Source: Hormiphora californensis
Lineage: Eukaryota; Animalia; Ctenophora
Length of the DNA stretch: 64,000 nt
Assembly: GCA_020137815.1 (NCBI GenBank)
Contig: CM035361.1
Span: 4,526,001 to 4,590,000, forward strand
Direction of reading: 5' to 3'
Shown: piece after piece, positions 1 through 12,367 of the stretch
How positions within the stretch are numbered: the stretch's first letter is position 1
Layout: every line of letters begins with the position of its first letter
Notes under the pieces: model-generated
The model's database searches: none
Seen by the model: only the letters and a program-made list of their open reading frames with translations
Told to the model about the DNA's origin: nothing
Program-made: the position numbers and the translations under genes

Positions 1-315
1 ATTATTCGTCAGGATAGCATTGTGTAGTCATGCTGGTCCGATCCATGGTGACTCCAGTGCTAGTGGATGTTACTAAAACTCGATGTTTGACTCTATATCT
101 ATTTCATCAAATTCATACACAATGTGGACCCGTTTTCAATGTGTCCACACGAGCTAAGCCTTCTTTTTACAATTCTTTCTCTCTCGTTATATTCCGGTGT
201 GGAGGGTAATTCTCTTTATTAGTCCACACCACACTGTGCTGTCTGACGCCGCGACCCCATCTGAGCGCACTGTCGAGAATCAAATGGGGTATGGCGCCGC
301 CATCGGCCATACACA

Positions 316-400
316 CTTGGTGACATAGACACCTGGCGCGACCGAGATCGAGCTCACACACATGTGTGCGGGGGTCGCGCCAGGTGTCTATGTCACCAAG
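316..400. mobile_element. Short palindromic MITE (28-bp TIR); related copies at about 15367-15438 and 20025-20092
   Basis: cttggtgacatagacacctggcgcgacc ... ggtcgcgccaggtgtctatgtcaccaag. Confidence 0.7.
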
Positions 401-1966
401 ATACACACCACATGCTGTGTAAATGTAAAAAGTACACGTGTATAATTGTGGTTGCGCGGATACCCACTTATCAGATTACCATATTGGACATACAATGGCA
501 TTGCCATCGATGTAATTTCATTTTCATTTCGTTTCCATAGCAACATCTCTCTCTATTCTGATCCTCTTAGAAGATATTTTATCCTCGATAACTTTATTAC
601 TTCTTGGTATGGCCTCTCGGTAATCGGTTCCTAGTTTGTTTGGTAATCGGAAAATCGGTTCCTAGTTCGATCCCCCCTATCCCTGAGCTTCTTTCTGAAC
701 TTTCTGAACTTTCTGAACTTTCTAAATATTTTTTAAACAGGAAGGTTTTGCTATGAGTTGTACCTAGTATAGGTCACTGCTCGATTAGATTTGTGTACAA
801 CTACAACAGTAAATGAGTTTTATACATGCTGTTACTGTACACTCAAGTCTCAAGATATAATACAAACTTATTGTCCTTAAAGTACACAACCCCCCTTCTG
901 TGTACATTTCGGCTCTTTTCTTAGATATATAAAGGCCAAGGATCTCTTTTTCTGTCTCTCTCTAATTCTTATTGCACAACAGGTGGCCATGTATAACATT
1001 GTACGTGGCCACCTGTTGTACATTGTACGTGTAGATCAGTTGTTCCGCACGTGCATCCATTATAACTTCGCTGCCTCTTATGTTCTAACCCTCCTTTACA
1101 TTCTTAAAGACGGCGGGGTGCGCGAAACACAGTCTAGCTAGGCAATTTGCTGCATCATATTGTGTTGTGGATGTTTTGTCCTTGTTGTTCTCTGTTTGTT
1201 TTTGTGTGTGTTCGTCACACACTTTTTAGCAGTTTGGACTTTTTTTGCAATAACGCTGCCAATTCTTACTTCTTATTATTGCCATTGGGCTCGCTATGGC
1301 AGTGGCACAAAACGCCAAAAACTTTATTTTTGGACGGTATTGTTCGTAAATGAGATGTTTTAGGTTTTACTAGACATGAGGGATATGCAATGGTGAGATA
1401 GAGAGATGATATTAGAGGGATATAATAATAGAGGGATGTGTGCTTGAGACTCCATTGTTGTGCATGAAAGTGCTTCCTCCAAAATATTAGCCCATTCCCC
1501 AGCTACTTGTTGAGTAATAAGAGTTCGTCCCTTTCCTTAGCTGCTATTATAGTGATACATACTCTAAAACTGCTTCTCTTAACATCTTGCGTTATATTAT
1601 TTTAGTTGTTTATAATATACTGATAGCAAAGCTTAACACTATGCAAGCAAAGCAGGCCAGCTAGGATAAATCCATTGCAGGGGGTGCTGATATCTCTTTC
1701 AATCGCGTCAGCCACGGTCCTTCCGGTACAGATTTCTCTGCAGCGTAGTCAGGCGCTACCCCACAACATACGCCCTCGTGTTGCTCTCAGGTCTCTCAAG
1801 AGAGCCCCTACCAATCATAGCTTGGTCGGCTATGATAGCAAAGCTGAAGGTACACTATGAAGTTGGGTACTTTACTTTCAATTCTGAACTTGCCAAGTTA
1901 GACTGTTATTCACGCTAGAAAGTAGAAATGGTTTAGATATTAAGTTCTCACCAAATATTTCGCAGC

Positions 1967-3331
1967 ATGGGTTACTATCGTTACCGAGGACGCCTCTGTG
2001 CCTACCTCATTCCTCTACTAATCCTTCTTCTAATGTACCTAAACTACAACCTAATCCCAGAACACAGCCTGAACCAGTATTTCCCACCCACTGGTAGCTG
2101 CATGATCCTTGCACCTCGCTCCTCAATTTATAATGTTGTGTGTGCCTCGGGCATGTTGTTCGAGTGTGAGGATATTTTGACGTCAGAATCTAAGGTGGAG
2201 GTAGCTCTGAAAGCGGGTGAGAATTGCCCAAGAACGTTAAGTGAGGAAGAAGATCAGAATTTGTGTAGTTCAGAGGACGTGGGGAGTTCTGAATTACCGT
2301 TTTTAGATCTCATGAGCAAACGACGAAGCCGAATCAAATCCGCCTGTTCAAATGCCAACCATCACTTCACAACTACTGCTCCTTCAGAAAACATTCTATT
2401 CTTTGATAAGGTGGATATGGAGTGGTGTGCTGTGTCAAAATCAGGAGATGTCACAATGAACGCATTACTCTGTCCTTTGTATCACCCAAACTGCGAATAC
2501 CAGTTGAAACATCCCTCTGTTATGTGGGATATTCTTAAGAAATCCACTGGTTCAGTAAAACATCGGTTGTTGATCACTAGAGACCCCTTTGAGAGAGTTC
2601 TAGCTGCGTATAAGGAGGAAATTGAGGTTCCGAGAACAAAGGAAATGGCGTTGTGGAATTTTGCCAAAATTATGGAGCCATTCAGGTTAGTTTTCTCATC
2701 GTTACTCGTCAGTTTTTCGTATTTTTGTCTTAATTCATTTGATTTTCATATTTCCTTCTGATTCTATGGAAAAGCTTTTTTTAAATTGCCCACATATGTT
2801 TCAGATTCCTCAACTCTATGCAGTCCAGAGAAAGCTCCAAAGCAGCTCTTGTACGAACAGCTAAAACTGCTATCGAGCAACATCTTACCTCAAACCCTCA
2901 TCTAACAATCGATACTCTCAACCTCGGAAGCGACAACCCCTACCTCAACCCAATGACTCCAACTTTCTCGGAGTTCATCACTGCAATCCTGCTGGGCCGG
3001 AAACAAGACCATATGGCAAACAATCGATCGCTTCTGTTCTCCATGCTCCAAAGATTACACTTTTGTTCTTAAATTTGAACACCTTAGGTGCGAGTTAGGA
3101 GAACTTTCAAAAAGCATAAATTCAGATAAACTTAATAAAGTTTTAGAAGAATCAGGCTATAAAACAGAACAGAAAGTATCAAAAACAGAGTTTTTCAATC
3201 TTTATGGACAATTATCTGACCACCAATTGGACTCTTTCTATCGTTGGTATCAGGAGGATTGTGAACTGTTTGGGTATGATTGTAAACAGACTTTGTGTCA
3301 GATAAAACGATCGAAGAACAGCAATTTGTAA
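1967..3331 (+). CDS. Carbohydrate sulfotransferase (CHST / Sulfotransfer_2-like), type II membrane protein; exons 1967-2685 and 2805-3331; +1 frameshift near 2995
   Basis: N-terminal transmembrane segment; 5'-PSB-like WCAVSKSGDVT; 3'-PB RDPFERVLAAY; PTFSEF. After a +1 shift the frame continues WQTIDRFCSPC..YTFVLKFE and YQEDCELFGY. GT-AG intron at 2686-2804. Confidence 0.85.
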
Positions 3332-3780
3332 ATTGTTATATTTGCATGTTTACTTTTAGTATGGTATTTTTAGTCATATGCGATGGCAAACACGATCCAA
3401 AATTTTTGGTGTTTCGTTTTCTTGGTGTGGATTTGGTGAAGTCCACTTCTTGTTCTTCTTCATTGGAAACTCCATGGGACGCTATGCATGACTATTACGA
3501 CAGACACAATGACTGTTGCCATAGGTTCCCCCATTTCACCGAAGTTGAGAAGGGGGAGCTTAGCGCCATATTTACACATACCCAGGCGGTATGCGGTTTG
3601 CTCAGCGTGTGGCCCAGTCGCGCCTTAACTTGTATTGTTCATACGGGGGCGCGGGAGAGGTGCAACAGCACAAGCCTTAACCTCATACTTAGGTCAATTG
3701 CACGGATATTCACCGAAATCTCAGTGACGGCCGTTTTCGTGTTTTACCTGAAATAATTCATGTGCTGTCTACATCGAAGC

Positions 3781-3892
3781 TGAGTGCAAAGGGTGTTACC
3801 TGAGTGCAAAGGGTGTTAACTGAGTGCAAAGGGTGTTAACTGAGTGCAAAGGGTGTTAACTGAGTGCAAAGGGTGTTAACTGAGTGCAAAGG
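3781..3892. repeat. 20-bp minisatellite, about 5.5 copies
   Basis: Tandem units of tgagtgcaaagggtgttaac. Confidence 0.95.
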
Positions 3893-4875
3893 ATGCCCTG
3901 CCTAATGCAGACACCTACGATATTAACATTTTTTCCCTGCCCGGGTGAATGCCGAAGGCATTCACCCGGATGCCTTTTTACTTTGTAAAAAGGCATAGCA
4001 GGGTTAGAATTCGAAAACGACATTTTGGTATACTAACTAATCGGTAGAGGGACATTTTTTGGTCACACTTTCGTTGCGAGGGCAACGGTGTAGCAACTAG
4101 AGCCGCGCGCACAGTGACGAGCTACTCCTTCATCAAACACCTCATTGGCACAGTTTGATGGACGTGTGTGTGCGCGCCACTCAACAAAACATGAAATGCT
4201 CTGCCGCACGTTTCGCGTGTTACATACACATTTTCATCTTGCGAGTCGAGTGTGAGATGTTAGATAAGTAGTTAAGTTGGAATGTCAAAAGCTGGTTAGC
4301 AAGTGTCATGTGATTGGGAGTTAGCTAACTCTAAGCTATGTGAGAAGTATTATACTGACAGCTAGATCGTATGCATCTCACATTACATTATGACCAAGCC
4401 TTGATCCTGTTGGCAGTGACAATGTCACTGACATGTGAAACGGTAGGGCAGGGAAACACAGCATTATGAATACATAATGCAATAATTCTTGTTAAATTAC
4501 TATATAAAGTGGGAAACGGAATTGAGTCTAGAAATTCTTTGCGTTGAGTACAACTACATGTGTTGAGTTGGCCGTGTGGCCAAAATCTTCATGATCTCGG
4601 AGATTTGAGAGTTCAAAATCGAAGCCTGATATCCCAGAGCGTGCGATGTTACCTGTTTCAGGGAATAGCCGTCACTGAACCCTGAGATCTCAGATTTCAG
4701 TGGTAAAAAAGGCGCACTTTAGCTGAGGTTCAGGCACGACTGTTTTCCCCACTCAGCCTTGGGCCTATATCTACCTCCTCCCCCTCCACAAAGACAAGCA
4801 CGTACAACTTGTGCCACAAGGAAGCAAGGGGCAAGCTAAGCACTATCAAGAAGACTTTTTACACTAGCCAGGTTG

Positions 4876-4909
4876 TATAAATATGCGTGTCTATGGCCTC
4901 CAAATCAGT
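4876..4909 (+). promoter_or_regulatory. TATA box plus initiator of the WSC-like gene
   Basis: TATAAATA at 4876-4883 and TCAGT at 4905-4909, about 30 nt apart and just upstream of ATG 4927. Confidence 0.6.
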
Positions 4910-4926
4910 ACTCATAACTACTAACT

Positions 4927-5601
4927 ATGAGATTTACTTGTGTTCTACTTATTGCCCTGTTAGGGCTCTTTGCCCCTGTCGTTGAGGGTAGGCCCGGTTG
5001 CCGAATCAGACCGTTGGGATGCTGGAGGGATAAGGGTAGCCGTGCTGTCCCTCCCATGGAAGGATCTCACCCTGCCTTGAAGGGTAACTACCAGAAAAGA
5101 GGGGACGCGGTCAGAAAATGTGCTGATGTCGCTGCTAGTAGAGGTATGTAATATATTTGTTAATCAAATGACTGATTTCTGACATGAATTCTCAGCTGGT
5201 GTATAGCTATTCCCTCATCAGAATGTCGCTCGGCGATTTCCGCATTGGCTCGGTGATTGGTTCGGTAACAACAGGTGGTTTGCCGAACCAGTGGTTCGGA
5301 GAGTCAAGGAGGTCGCCGAACACTTACCGCACAAGGCCGCATGGCTCGGCAAACCACCTGTTGTTACCGAACCAATCACCGAGCCAATGCGGAAATTGCC
5401 GAGCGACATTCTGATGGTATAATAGTGAATGCTAACAAATGTTGATTTTTAGGGTTCAGGGTGTTTGCTGTCCAGAACGGAGGTTGGTGTGCGAGTGGAC
5501 CCCACGCTCACAGAACCTACAGGAAGTATGGTCGTGCTGGCAACTGCAAGGGAGGAAAGGGAGGCGGTTGGGCCAACGATGTCTACGAGATCCATTGTTA
5601 A
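4927..5601 (+). CDS. Secreted 121-aa cationic single WSC-like domain protein; exons 4927-5143 and 5453-5601
   Basis: Signal peptide followed by GCWRD..R, KCADVA..RGFRVFAVQNGGWCASG and YRKYG..NCKGGKGGGWANDVY, a WSC-type Cys/Gly pattern; phase-1 GT-AG intron. Confidence 0.8.
5216..5416. mobile_element. MITE with about 70-bp TIRs in the WSC-like gene intron
   Basis: catcagaatgtcgctcggcgatttccgc... / ...gcggaaattgccgagcgacattctgatg; mirror ORFs in the ORF track. Confidence 0.8.
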
Positions 5602-5947
5602 TTGCCGTGGATGAAGTTAATAATTTCGAAAATTGGGTTTCAAGTTGTCTAACAAATTGTGTTTTTATTGAATTGGAATTTGATGATGGTAGACAAAACG
5701 CGTCCAGAAGTTTTTAGGGACAAGAATGGGGGTAGGCGGCTGTCAGGCCAATGCTCTGACCACAGTTCTCGCGCGCTCCGAGAGAAATGAGAATAGGGTC
5801 ACTGGTCAGGCCAATGCTCTGACAGGTAGGCGGACTCTAGTGCTACAGTGGACTCTATACATATATCTAAATTTAGATTTAGATAAAGAGTCCAGACGAG
5901 TTTGATCCATAATCATTTTCAATCACCCTTTCTGAGTGCACTGCCCA

Positions 5948-6663
5948 TGGGGGGGGGGGGGGGGGGTTGCTAAGTTGAAATTTTCGAATACTCAATTTTA
6001 AAGTCTTGCACATGTATTGGGATGTTCTATGAACTAATTTCCGTGTTTTGAAATTTTAAGATTTTAAAATTTTTTTTCGATTTTTTCCCGATTTTTCACC
6101 AAAAACAAGGGTCACAAAAGTGGCTTGCGATCCTTAGTGGCTCAACCGTTTGGGCTGAAACTCCGGATATCTGTAGATAATTACCCAATAAATAACAGAA
6201 AATATGATTCATAGAGATATTTGACTATAAAGACCCAATTTTATACTATACAACCGTATAGACTAGCGCAATGCTACCTAGACCGCCAAGCTATGATTGG
6301 TAGAGGCTCTTTCGAGAGTTTCGCAAAGACGGTGCATATCTAACCAATAAGGTTGCCTGCTTGGGGTGGCGCTCGAGCTATGCTGCAGAGAAATCTGTAC
6401 CAAAAATGGGCCGTCGCTGAACGCCATTCGTAATAGGAGATCAGCACCACGGCATCGTTCCGACCTACTTTTTTTACAACCGTATGTGCACGAATACAAC
6501 CCATGCGCACTGCAATAAACAGCAAAAACAAGGGTCACAAAAGTGGCTTGCGATCCTTAATGGCTCAACCGTTTGGGCTGAAACTCCGGATATCAATAGA
6601 TAATTACCCAATGAATAACAGGAAATATGATTCATAGCGATTCATTCCGACTTAGCAACCCCT
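5948..6663. mobile_element. hAT-like non-autonomous element with an internal ~120-bp direct repeat
   Basis: Imperfect TIR ggggttgctaagttgaaat / attccgacttagcaacccc; actgccca on both flanks; direct repeat at about 6101-6219 and 6524-6641; interior homologous to 1720-1830. Confidence 0.5.
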
Positions 6664-7425
6664 ACTGCCCAATGCAGCGATCACTTTGGACAATTTTGGA
6701 ACCCATCGACCATATTTGAAGACTTGAAGTTCAGAATGGTTTTACGTAACCGGTGACGGACAATTTCTGAAGTTAGGCTTTTTTCCGGTCTAACTCTACG
6801 TGCACAAAATTCAGGTCTCAATGTTAGCCTTGTAGAAGCCGGGGAGAAGCCGTCAACAGATACCGATCGACTCAGGGCTCCTTGTAGGGCTAGAATAACC
6901 TCTTTTGGGGATATTTGAGGAAAATCAGGTTCATCCGATTTTCAGCCTTGATTTTGTGGGCTATTTTTAAAACTCAGTCAAAAAGCCTTTTTTCATTTTG
7001 AATTGCTGTGGCTCGGGACCTAGTCGGTCTTTTGTCAAGATTTAGCGCTCAAAATATCAATTAAACCATGCTCTACATGACCATAAAGTTATTTGGTGGA
7101 CGGTGGTTTTGAGTGTCTTAGAAATTGAAAAAAGTTGCGCAAAAACGGGAAAATTTTTCTGTCTTTCGGGGCCATATTTCGAGCAATTATTAGGCCCCTA
7201 TTCCGATCCCGCAACTTTTTCGGCTCAAAATTGGTTGTTTGCGATGACAACTGATAGAATGGACTACTTCATGTGCAAGACAGGTCGTTTTCTAGAATTT
7301 TTGCTTGAATAGAATTTTGACGATTTTTTGATAAGTGAGACGGCAGTTAGTCAACCACTAGAAAATGGGGTTTAGCCTTGGGAAAAAAGTTTACCAGATC
7401 TTTACCAAGACGTATGTTCTAACTG

Positions 7426-7534
7426 CAGGAACCGATCGACACAAGTAAACAGCCAACCAAAACTCGTTATTTAGGTCACGTGACTGGTTATCAGCCAATT
7501 ACGGACCATTATTTCCTGATTCGGTCGGTTCCTG
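7426..7534 (+). mobile_element. hAT-type MITE (~109 bp family)
   Basis: caggaaccga...tcggttcctg TIR; same interior as the other copies. Confidence 0.8.
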
Positions 7535-7559
7535 GTTCTAACCCTCTACTCCCTTTACA

Positions 7560-7820
7560 GAGGATGGCACTAAATAAGAACCAGTACCTCCTGAAGATGA
7601 ACAACGCCACATTCTATGGTATCGGAAACTCCCTATTCTCAGCACCGAGATCGCTGAAAGGAGACTACGAATCGCCAGCCATGCTGCACGTTATCCGGAA
7701 CTGACACAGGACTCAGGGAAACCTCCGAAATTACTTCTTTGATGGCCGATCGTGTTGAGTGGAAAAATGTTATCCATGGAGTTCGGAAATACCACACGTG
7801 GAATCCGCCCTAAGTCAAGC
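7560..7820 (+). mobile_element. Truncated, frameshifted 3' fragment of an RTE-clade LINE ORF2
   Basis: RMALN..MNN..FYG, LPILSTEIAERRLRIASHAAR and MADRVEWKNVIHGVR resemble RTE C-terminal motifs. Confidence 0.6.
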
Positions 7821-7894
7821 TTTACAGCGAAACAGGGTTTAGCTAGGCAATACCAAGGATGGTAGGAGACCGAAATTGTGTCAGGAACAAGGTA

Positions 7895-7988
7895 CAGTCG
7901 GACCCCGATTTAGTGGCACCCTATTTAGTGGCACCGGCCCGATTTAGTTTTTTCCACCCGAGGATGCCACTAAATCGGGGTCCGACTG
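7895..7988. mobile_element. pogo/Tigger-like MITE; copies at 37957-38039 and partially at about 20145-20212
   Basis: TA|cagtcggaccccgatttagtggca ... tgccactaaatcggggtccgactg. Confidence 0.7.
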
Positions 7989-8892
7989 TTATATTACTAT
8001 TATAAAAATTATATTGCCCTGATGAACATGAAGCAAAAAAATCACAATTGAACGTCATTATGGATCATTCTAATAATTCATTCAATTGTTTAATTGTGTA
8101 GAATGACGATATTCCATTAGCTTTTAGCATAAAATCATTGTGAGTTTCACGAAAATTGAGGAGAGTACTACACAGAGAGATGATAAAAGAGAGAGATAAA
8201 AGTGAGAAATTATTGAGTGGGCGGACTCTCTCACTCATCTTTGTCACTCAAGCTCATGTTTGTTACACGCATAGCCTAGGTTGTTGAGAATGTTGAGTGG
8301 CGTTTCGTCTGTCGAGGAAATAATTCAACCAGTAGTTAGGGGGTTGCTTGGATTTGTCAACCGGAACCACGCAAATTGTCTGTTCCAGAATCCAGATGAT
8401 TGTTAAAACTGTAAACCTTAGTAGGCCTTATGTAGGTCTTGCTTTATCTACTAGATAATCTAGTTTGAGGCATTTTCAAATGACCTTATGTCAAAATTTA
8501 CAAATTCAAACATACGGGGTTTCAAACTCGGTTAGGTTAGGTTATAGGCATATATTCTTATCAAGCTTTAAACAGTAAAACACTATGTATGTCTTTGCTT
8601 CGTTGATAACACCTGTATGGGGTTTTTACTGTCTGTCGCCGCCGACCCCATCTGCAGAGCGCACCGTTGAGAATCAAATTGGGGTCTGGTTTTTTAGGGC
8701 TTTTAAATTTTCTTGGTAAAACCAATTAATTAGAAATTGAAACAGATCATGAAGCAGCCTATTTTCAATCTTCGCCGGGTCAATCACCCTTATCTCTTGC
8801 CCATTTATTTTGCATTTTGAATACCAATTAATCAATTATAACTCTGAAATTAACCGCGTCTGCCTCTTGTATCGTCAGCAGCTCAAAAAAGA

Positions 8893-10125
8893 ATGACGAA
8901 GTTGCTGCCCTCGGTTCTACTCCTCCTACTTTCTATATCCTGTTCGTATGGTCTGACTTGCGACGAGGACTGCTATCTTCTAGTTTCTTACTCCCTAGAT
9001 GACGGGGAAACTACTACAGAGGCATATGACGGTAAGAACTACAAATTTAAAAAGAATCATTTCATATTTTTGTGATGCCTCGGCAGGGTCTTAGTAAGCC
9101 ACAACAAACTATCACATCCCGCGATATCTTTGGCATGTCTAGGAATGGATAGGAGACCGAGGTTGTAAATCCTTGTCATATATAACTGGATGACTATTAT
9201 AATCATTCAGTACTGTAGCTCTACCCTACAAATTGATATCAATCGTTAATCAATCGACCGTCGAACTAAAATTTAGTAGGGTATTCAATGTAAATACACC
9301 CCCGTGTCCCCGTTTCAGATTCTGATTGCTCCAGTGCCGACACGACATGTGACAGTGGGGAATCGTGCAACATTGTTGATCTTTCAATATCATATGGATC
9401 AGAGTACACCGTGAACTTTGTTACTTCCTATTGTTCCAGTTCGTCCACCATCAGCAGTTCATCCTGCGACGTGAGTTTGGAAAGTTTGAAAATCCGGGAT
9501 TTCTAAACCCTGCTACCAAAGATGGCCATTGCCAAAGCCTAGGAGGAAAACTCGAAATTTATATTTTGGTAACAACACCGTTTTTGTGAAGGCTGGGACT
9601 TGTCATCCTTGTCAGGCCATGCTACGCAGTCTGCCCATTCGGCGAGTTAAGCGCCTCGCTTACGCTCGCCCTTCGGGCTTGCATAAACTCACACCGGGCT
9701 TTAGGCCCAGTGTGTGAGCCGACAAACTGGGAACATGTCACCCAGGAATGTATCATCCAGGTTCGAATCTTGAGTCCATGATCAATGGCCTCAACATTTA
9801 TGTATATTACTGATCTATCGACCAAGTCAAAGCACGTACACTCTTTATTACATTGTGTGTGTCAAGATACAACTCTAATTTTAACAATTCCCTGATTCCT
9901 TCTCATTGTGATATTATTCCCTCACAGGATTTGGCTGAAGCAGCCGAGGAGACAGATGCATGGTCTGAGTTGGGTATTTCCGCAACAAACTCGACCAGCA
10001 CGTGCAGCAGTGTTGACATGTGTACATCGGATTGTGAACTAACGGAATCCAAATCTGTTAGTGGAGCGATGGGTATATCTGGTTGGATAGTGATTGCTGC
10101 TGTTTTTGGATCCATGGTGATGTGA
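8893..10125 (+). CDS. Acidic Ser/Thr-rich Ly6/uPAR (three-finger)-like protein, probably GPI-anchored, 162 aa; exons 8893-9031, 9319-9470, 9928-10125
   Basis: Signal peptide then LTC; 10 cysteines in the mature region; C-terminal SG plus hydrophobic tail; exon phases sum in frame (489 nt). Confidence 0.7.
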
Positions 10126-10435
10126 GGTTGAGCTTAGAAGAACAAGGTGAAACATGCTGTTTGGTAAAATTCGGTGAAAGCTAGACAAGGACTGACAAAA
10201 GCGGGTGTTGAAGATTTGTTTCAAATTCTTGCATATACATATCTGATCTGTGATTTTATTTTTCTTTAGATCTGTTTTTGATAGATAAGTGATCTTATAG
10301 ATTTGTTATAGAAAAAAAAAGTCGACACGTGTGGGGCCGGGGGGGGGGGGGGGGGGGGTTGTGTTTGTTTGAAAGAAACATGGTATGTTAATTCAGTGAA
10401 TTATCCTTCCAATTAGCATCTGAGAGTGTTGATTG

Positions 10436-10438
<3 letters not shown>

Positions 10439-10489
<51 letters not shown>

Positions 10490-10512
10490 GGCGGAAGAGA
10501 GAGAGAGAGAGG

Positions 10513-10582
<70 letters not shown>

Positions 10583-10719
10583 TGGAGAGAGAGAGAGCGA
10601 GATAAAGAGATAGAGATAGTGAGAGATAGAGAGATTCTCTTATCTCAATCCCTTATATCTCCTGAGAGAGAGAGCTCTCTCTAGAACCCTCTCGAGATAT
10701 AAAATATATATAGATATTT

Positions 10720-10761
<42 letters not shown>

Positions 10762-10770
10762 ATCTCTCTT
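10439..10770. repeat. (GA)n / (TC)n microsatellites
   Basis: Direct inspection. Confidence 0.9.
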
Positions 10771-11099
10771 TGCTGACAGAGAATCACAACATGACCACAA
10801 GACATCACGTGCCGGGGCAGACATAGTGACGCTTCCTCAGAATACCTCTCTCACTCGTCCTCTCCCCACACCTCTTTAATACATGTTCGTGAAACTGTCT
10901 ACATACAACTATGTCCCATGGTGGCCGCTTTGATTGGCTTTATAATCTGTCTGGCGGCGTCGGGGACCCCATTTTTCGCTGAAATCGGCGCTGTGGCGTC
11001 TTAAAGTTTACAATAATTGTACAAATTAAAGACAACGGTAGTTTTTAAGTTTATAATTGTAGACAAACATTGCTCCAGGGTCCAGGGTCAAGACATTCG

Positions 11100-12176
11100 C
11101 TCTGCTTTAACTCGATTTGAAATAAGCTGCCTTTGTTTCATGACTTCATGGTCGTTAGTAATATCTATTGGATCATGTTGGTTATAGATTTCATGTCTTG
11201 TTCTGAACTCATTTGTCGTAATTCGAGTCAATCATATTTCATATCTTTGTTCTGAATTTATATTAGTATTTTGTTAATTTTTTGACTCGAGTGAGTCTTT
11301 ACTAAAAGTAGAATATGACGCAAATAAAAGGAGATATATCTTCCTTCATTTCTGCTTGATTCAATTTCTCTTCTTGAAATTAAGGTGTGGTTATGGAATT
11401 ACTCGAATTCTTGACATTCCATACAACCGGGGGCGTTCGGCCTGATCAAGTATCGGGATCGAGAAGTTCTTCGGATATTCATTCTCTATTAGTATTACCA
11501 TATCTCTCAGATTCTCTCTCTCCCTGAATCTAATATCAATTGACAGAATAGAGACTTCGAGACCTGAATCATATCCTGCAGAAGTGCATCATCATCATCA
11601 TGGCCGTGTCATAATATGGGGTGATCCTATAATTGGTCACATGATTTATCCCACGTGATGGAAAATTTGCGAACCTCTGAGAACCTCAAAAAGTCTCGCT
11701 GACTTGTTATACTGAAATAGGTATACCCCACTAAGGTACTGGCACTGGTATGCCTAGGGTCCCTAGGAAAACTGATCATTTTTGCATACCATGGGCTTCG
11801 TCGGCGTCAGAGACTTACTAATTATGCATAGTTTGATACGAACTATCTGCATTGACTTCCAACCTACCCAAGTGCATATCGTATGATAGTTCTCATGCCG
11901 TATAATATATTTAAGTTATATCGTTCCCGACATTATCATTGGACTTTCATACTCCCAGATTGGTAGTGGACAAGTCCATAAGTTGCCTGCACTTTCTATT
12001 CGATATACTTTATATAATTCATGAGAGTCTCAAGACTAGATAATTACTGCAACTCGTTCATTGGAAACGCCCTTGCATCCTAGAATCATTAACGGTTTAT
12101 AATTATTATGTTACCATGCCAACAATAATAAAAGTGCTAGAGGTTCTCCATTTATTATGACGTGGTGACTTCTCAT
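11100..12176 (-). pseudogene. Possible degraded or error-riddled sulfotransferase-like gene
   Basis: Minus-strand fragments in different frames: TM-like TFIIVGMV near 12130, YAKMISFPRDPR (about 11750-11790), EYPKNFSI/RY..QAERP (about 11430-11480); many stops and shifts. Confidence 0.3.
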
Positions 12177-12367
12177 TTCACTCTTGTAGGGATAAAAAGT
12201 GGTTTATCGTCTAAAACTTTTTTGTTTTTAATTCTATTCCTTTTTTATTGTTTTATTTTTCAATTCAGCCATTTTCTTCAAATTAATTTTGATGGATCAG
12301 AGTCAAAAAGTTAAAAGTATGATGTTGATTTCATATTTTGCCATATATTTTAGATAAAGTAAAAAAT

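Noticed and set aside
607-680. tRNA gene or SINE (A-box-like tggcctctcgg, B-box gttcgatccc); similar B-box near 9760
   Set aside because: No cloverleaf, tail or TSD could be supported
3295-3756. 153-aa ORF downstream of the sulfotransferase
   Set aside because: Non-ATG start, no recognisable motif, and it spans 3'UTR and repeat-like sequence
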